This document shows positions 62,045 through 64,000 of a stretch of DNA of 64,000 bases, piece by piece. How positions within the stretch are numbered: the first letter of the stretch is position 1; each line of letters opens with the position of its first letter. The position numbers and the translations under genes were made by a program. The notes under the pieces were generated by a model. It had not been told where the DNA came from. It did not search any database and was given only the letters and a program-made list of their open reading frames with translations. Source of the stretch: Opitutales bacterium (GTDB lineage: Bacteria; Verrucomicrobiota; Verrucomicrobiia; Opitutales; PNEW01); NCBI GenBank assembly GCA_965197745.1, contig CBDANS010000006.1, forward strand, positions 1,120,001 through 1,184,000, given 5' to 3'.

Positions 62045-62956
62045 TCAATCTCCGTTTGCTTTCGCCCATGCCCTCAACGGAACATCGTCCCAATTTTCCG
62101 GCTGCCAGTACTGAGATGTCGGGTGAAAATTGGGATCCTTGCCCAATGGATTGTCCCCTACGGCCAAGGCTCCAAGCAGCTGACGCCGAATCGGTGAACA
62201 TCTGGCGATTAGTTCAGGGTCCTGCTGATTATAATCCGTGGGACGGAGCCACCGGTAATGGTAGCCAATGTGCATGATTTTTCGAATTTTTTCCGAGAGG
62301 TTCGGGCCGACGCAGTGCCAGGTGGCGGTACGCCACAACACCGCGGCCCCCGGCGGCAGCTTGAGTTCAACCGCGTCGAAAGCATCTGACTTGTCCTTCA
62401 TGGCCCACAATTCTTGAGGGGTCCGCTTGTAACTGCCCGGTGCTAACCACAGGTTACCGCAATTGGATTCACTAAGATCAGAGAGGACGTAGAACACTTT
62501 AATCTCCATGAAAGGAAGCCGTCCATCGAGTGAAGGTGCCGAGAAGATATGTTCGCTCGCCAGGTCCGGATGCCAGTTGACATTCAGGTAACCGACCTGT
62601 TTGTCTGCGCCGTCCCCGGCGCCAACATCGCCTGCCTGCAGGTCTTCCGGGTAAGGGGGGCGGTAGTCGAGATGAGAGGTCCGGATCTGGATGTTCCAAC
62701 CGATTGCGTCAACGACCAGTGGCAGCATTCTTGGGTGGTCGATCAAGTCGAGAAAGGCATCGTGATGGGCTAAGGCATTACGGATCGCAAAGGGGTCATC
62801 AGGGCCGATTCCTTTTTCGTCGCGAATCTTAGCGGCAACCTCATCGATGGCTGACAGTAATCGATCTAACTCCTCACGGGTTAAAAAATTTTCGAGGATT
62901 ATGTATCCCAATTCCTCGAAGTCTTTCTTCTGCTGAGGTGTCATTGCCAGGAGCAT
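62045..62956 (-). CDS. PhyH family dioxygenase
   Basis: FEELGY.ILENFL, WHPD, GNLWLAPGS, WHCVGPN...RK. Confidence 0.9.
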   Translation of the reverse strand: MLLAMTPQQKKDFEELGYIILENFLTREELDRLLSAIDEVAAKIRDEKGIGPDDPFAIRNALAHHDAFLDLIDHPRMLPLVVDAIGWNIQIRTSHLDYRPPYPEDLQAGDVGAGDGADKQVGYLNVNWHPDLASEHIFSAPSLDGRLPFMEIKVFYVLSDLSESNCGNLWLAPGSYKRTPQELWAMKDKSDAFDAVELKLPPGAAVLWRTATWHCVGPNLSEKIRKIMHIGYHYRWLRPTDYNQQDPELIARCSPIRRQLLGALAVGDNPLGKDPNFHPTSQYWQPENWDDVPLRAWAKANGD

Positions 62957-63033
62957 GGGTTTCCTTTTATGAGTTTATTCACGCCCGAAAAATAGGGTAA
63001 TGGCAATTATTAATTAAGGCAGTGTTAGGTTTA

Positions 63034-63061
63034 AGGGTTCAGGGTTCAGGGTTCAGGGTTC
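63034..63061. repeat. heptamer tandem repeat (AGGGTTC)x4
   Basis: Directly visible. Similar imperfect heptamer runs occur at ~51968-52000 and ~54808-54830/54971-54993. Confidence 0.85.
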
Positions 63062-63078
63062 AAGAAAATCGATAGCGT

Positions 63079-64000
63079 TTATTCCGGTGCCCACGCGCGA
63101 GGGGCAATGCCATCGAGGTGTGTTTTGACATCGACAACCGCTGGTTTTCCCGCGGCAAACGCCTGGTCCAGCGCACTTGCCAGTTCAGTTGCTTTGTTGA
63201 CGGTTATACCCAGACAGCCTATCGATTCTGCTATCCTGGCGAAGTCGGCATCGGGGAAGAGCCAGAGATCATCAGAACCTGCCGTCTGTCCGCCGTAAAT
63301 ATCTTCAACTCCACCTTTTTCCTGGTTCAGTGAGTGATTGTTGTTGACCAGGGTAACGGTGTTGATCCCGTACTTCAACGCGGTTTCCAAGTCAGCCAGA
63401 TGGTACCAGATACCGCCATCACCCGTGAATAAGAGGACAGGTCGGTCCGGTTGGGCACATTTGGCCCCCATCGCCGCGGGTAGACCCCATCCCAGCGAAC
63501 CGGCACAGCGAATAAAGGTCTGATCAGGGTGTTTAAGGTCTATCATGGTGCCGGTCCATACCCCCGAATGGCCCGTGTCGGAAACAAGAATTGCGTCGGA
63601 TGGAAGGTAGTCGGTCAGTTCCCGGCAGAGACGCTCCGGCAGGATCGGCATGATGTCCGAGTTGACCTTATCGCTTACGCTTTTTTCCCAGGTTTGGACC
63701 AACATCTGCATGCGTTTAATCCATTCCGTGTGCGGTTCAGCCGTATCAGCCTGCTCAATCATTTTGCGCAGCGTGTTTCTAACATCGCCCTGCATCCCCA
63801 CTTTAATCGAATAATTGCGGCCCAGTTCCTCAGCGTTAATATCGAGTTGGATGACCGGCGTTCCCCGCGGCGGGATGGTGTAGCTGTTGGTGATCTGTCC
63901 CCCGGTATGACTGCCGATAAAGAAGACCAAATCGGCCTCGCAGAGTGTCTGGTTGGCGCAAGCCCTTGAGTATAAACCCGGAATACCCACGGCAAGGGGG
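63079..64000 (-). CDS. thiamine pyrophosphate-binding protein (acetolactate synthase-like), 5'-truncated by the window edge
   Basis: GSLGWGLPAA.GAK.A.P, GDGG...NN TPP-binding motif. Confidence 0.9.
   Translation of the reverse strand, partial: PLAVGIPGLYSRACANQTLCEADLVFFIGSHTGGQITNSYTIPPRGTPVIQLDINAEELGRNYSIKVGMQGDVRNTLRKMIEQADTAEPHTEWIKRMQMLVQTWEKSVSDKVNSDIMPILPERLCRELTDYLPSDAILVSDTGHSGVWTGTMIDLKHPDQTFIRCAGSLGWGLPAAMGAKCAQPDRPVLLFTGDGGIWYHLADLETALKYGINTVTLVNNNHSLNQEKGGVEDIYGGQTAGSDDLWLFPDADFARIAESIGCLGITVNKATELASALDQAFAAGKPAVVDVKTHLDGIAPRAWAPE

Noticed and set aside
1..64000. CRISPR array, tRNA/rRNA genes and the many overlapping antisense ORFs in the six-frame track
   Set aside because: No regularly spaced repeat-spacer pattern or structural RNA signature was seen. 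The antisense and alternate-frame ORFs overlap well-supported genes and lack motifs.

Overview
This is a 64-kb accessory region of a bacterial genome, probably Verrucomicrobiota (Opitutales-like). That assignment is inferred from the pilin-like gene, the SBP-permease fusion, the Ig-containing surface proteins and the REP-like repeats. Bases 1-25 kb form a catabolic block with ten PhyH-family Fe(II)/2-oxoglutarate oxygenase genes, one of which carries a halogenase-type HxG motif. The block also holds a sulfatase, an LLM oxidoreductase, an enolase-superfamily enzyme and a family-5 ABC transporter. Bases 25.5-31 kb and 43.4-48.4 kb are co-oriented, more AT-rich arrays of short small-molecule-modifying genes, including an end-to-end AadB/ANT(2'') homolog. 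Bases 35.3-61.7 kb are dense with IS3-family elements and remnants and appear to sit between the two halves of one interrupted gene. This interval contains a transposase-less 545-bp cassette with 24-bp terminal inverted repeats carrying vsr, plus a second partial copy 6.9 kb away. Two diverged IS3 copies share a 32-nt GCGAAGC mini-hairpin insertion immediately after the second catalytic Asp. Pseudogenes are frequent. I saw no rRNA, tRNA, CRISPR array or integron integrase. All calls come from reading the sequence by eye; no database searches were run.
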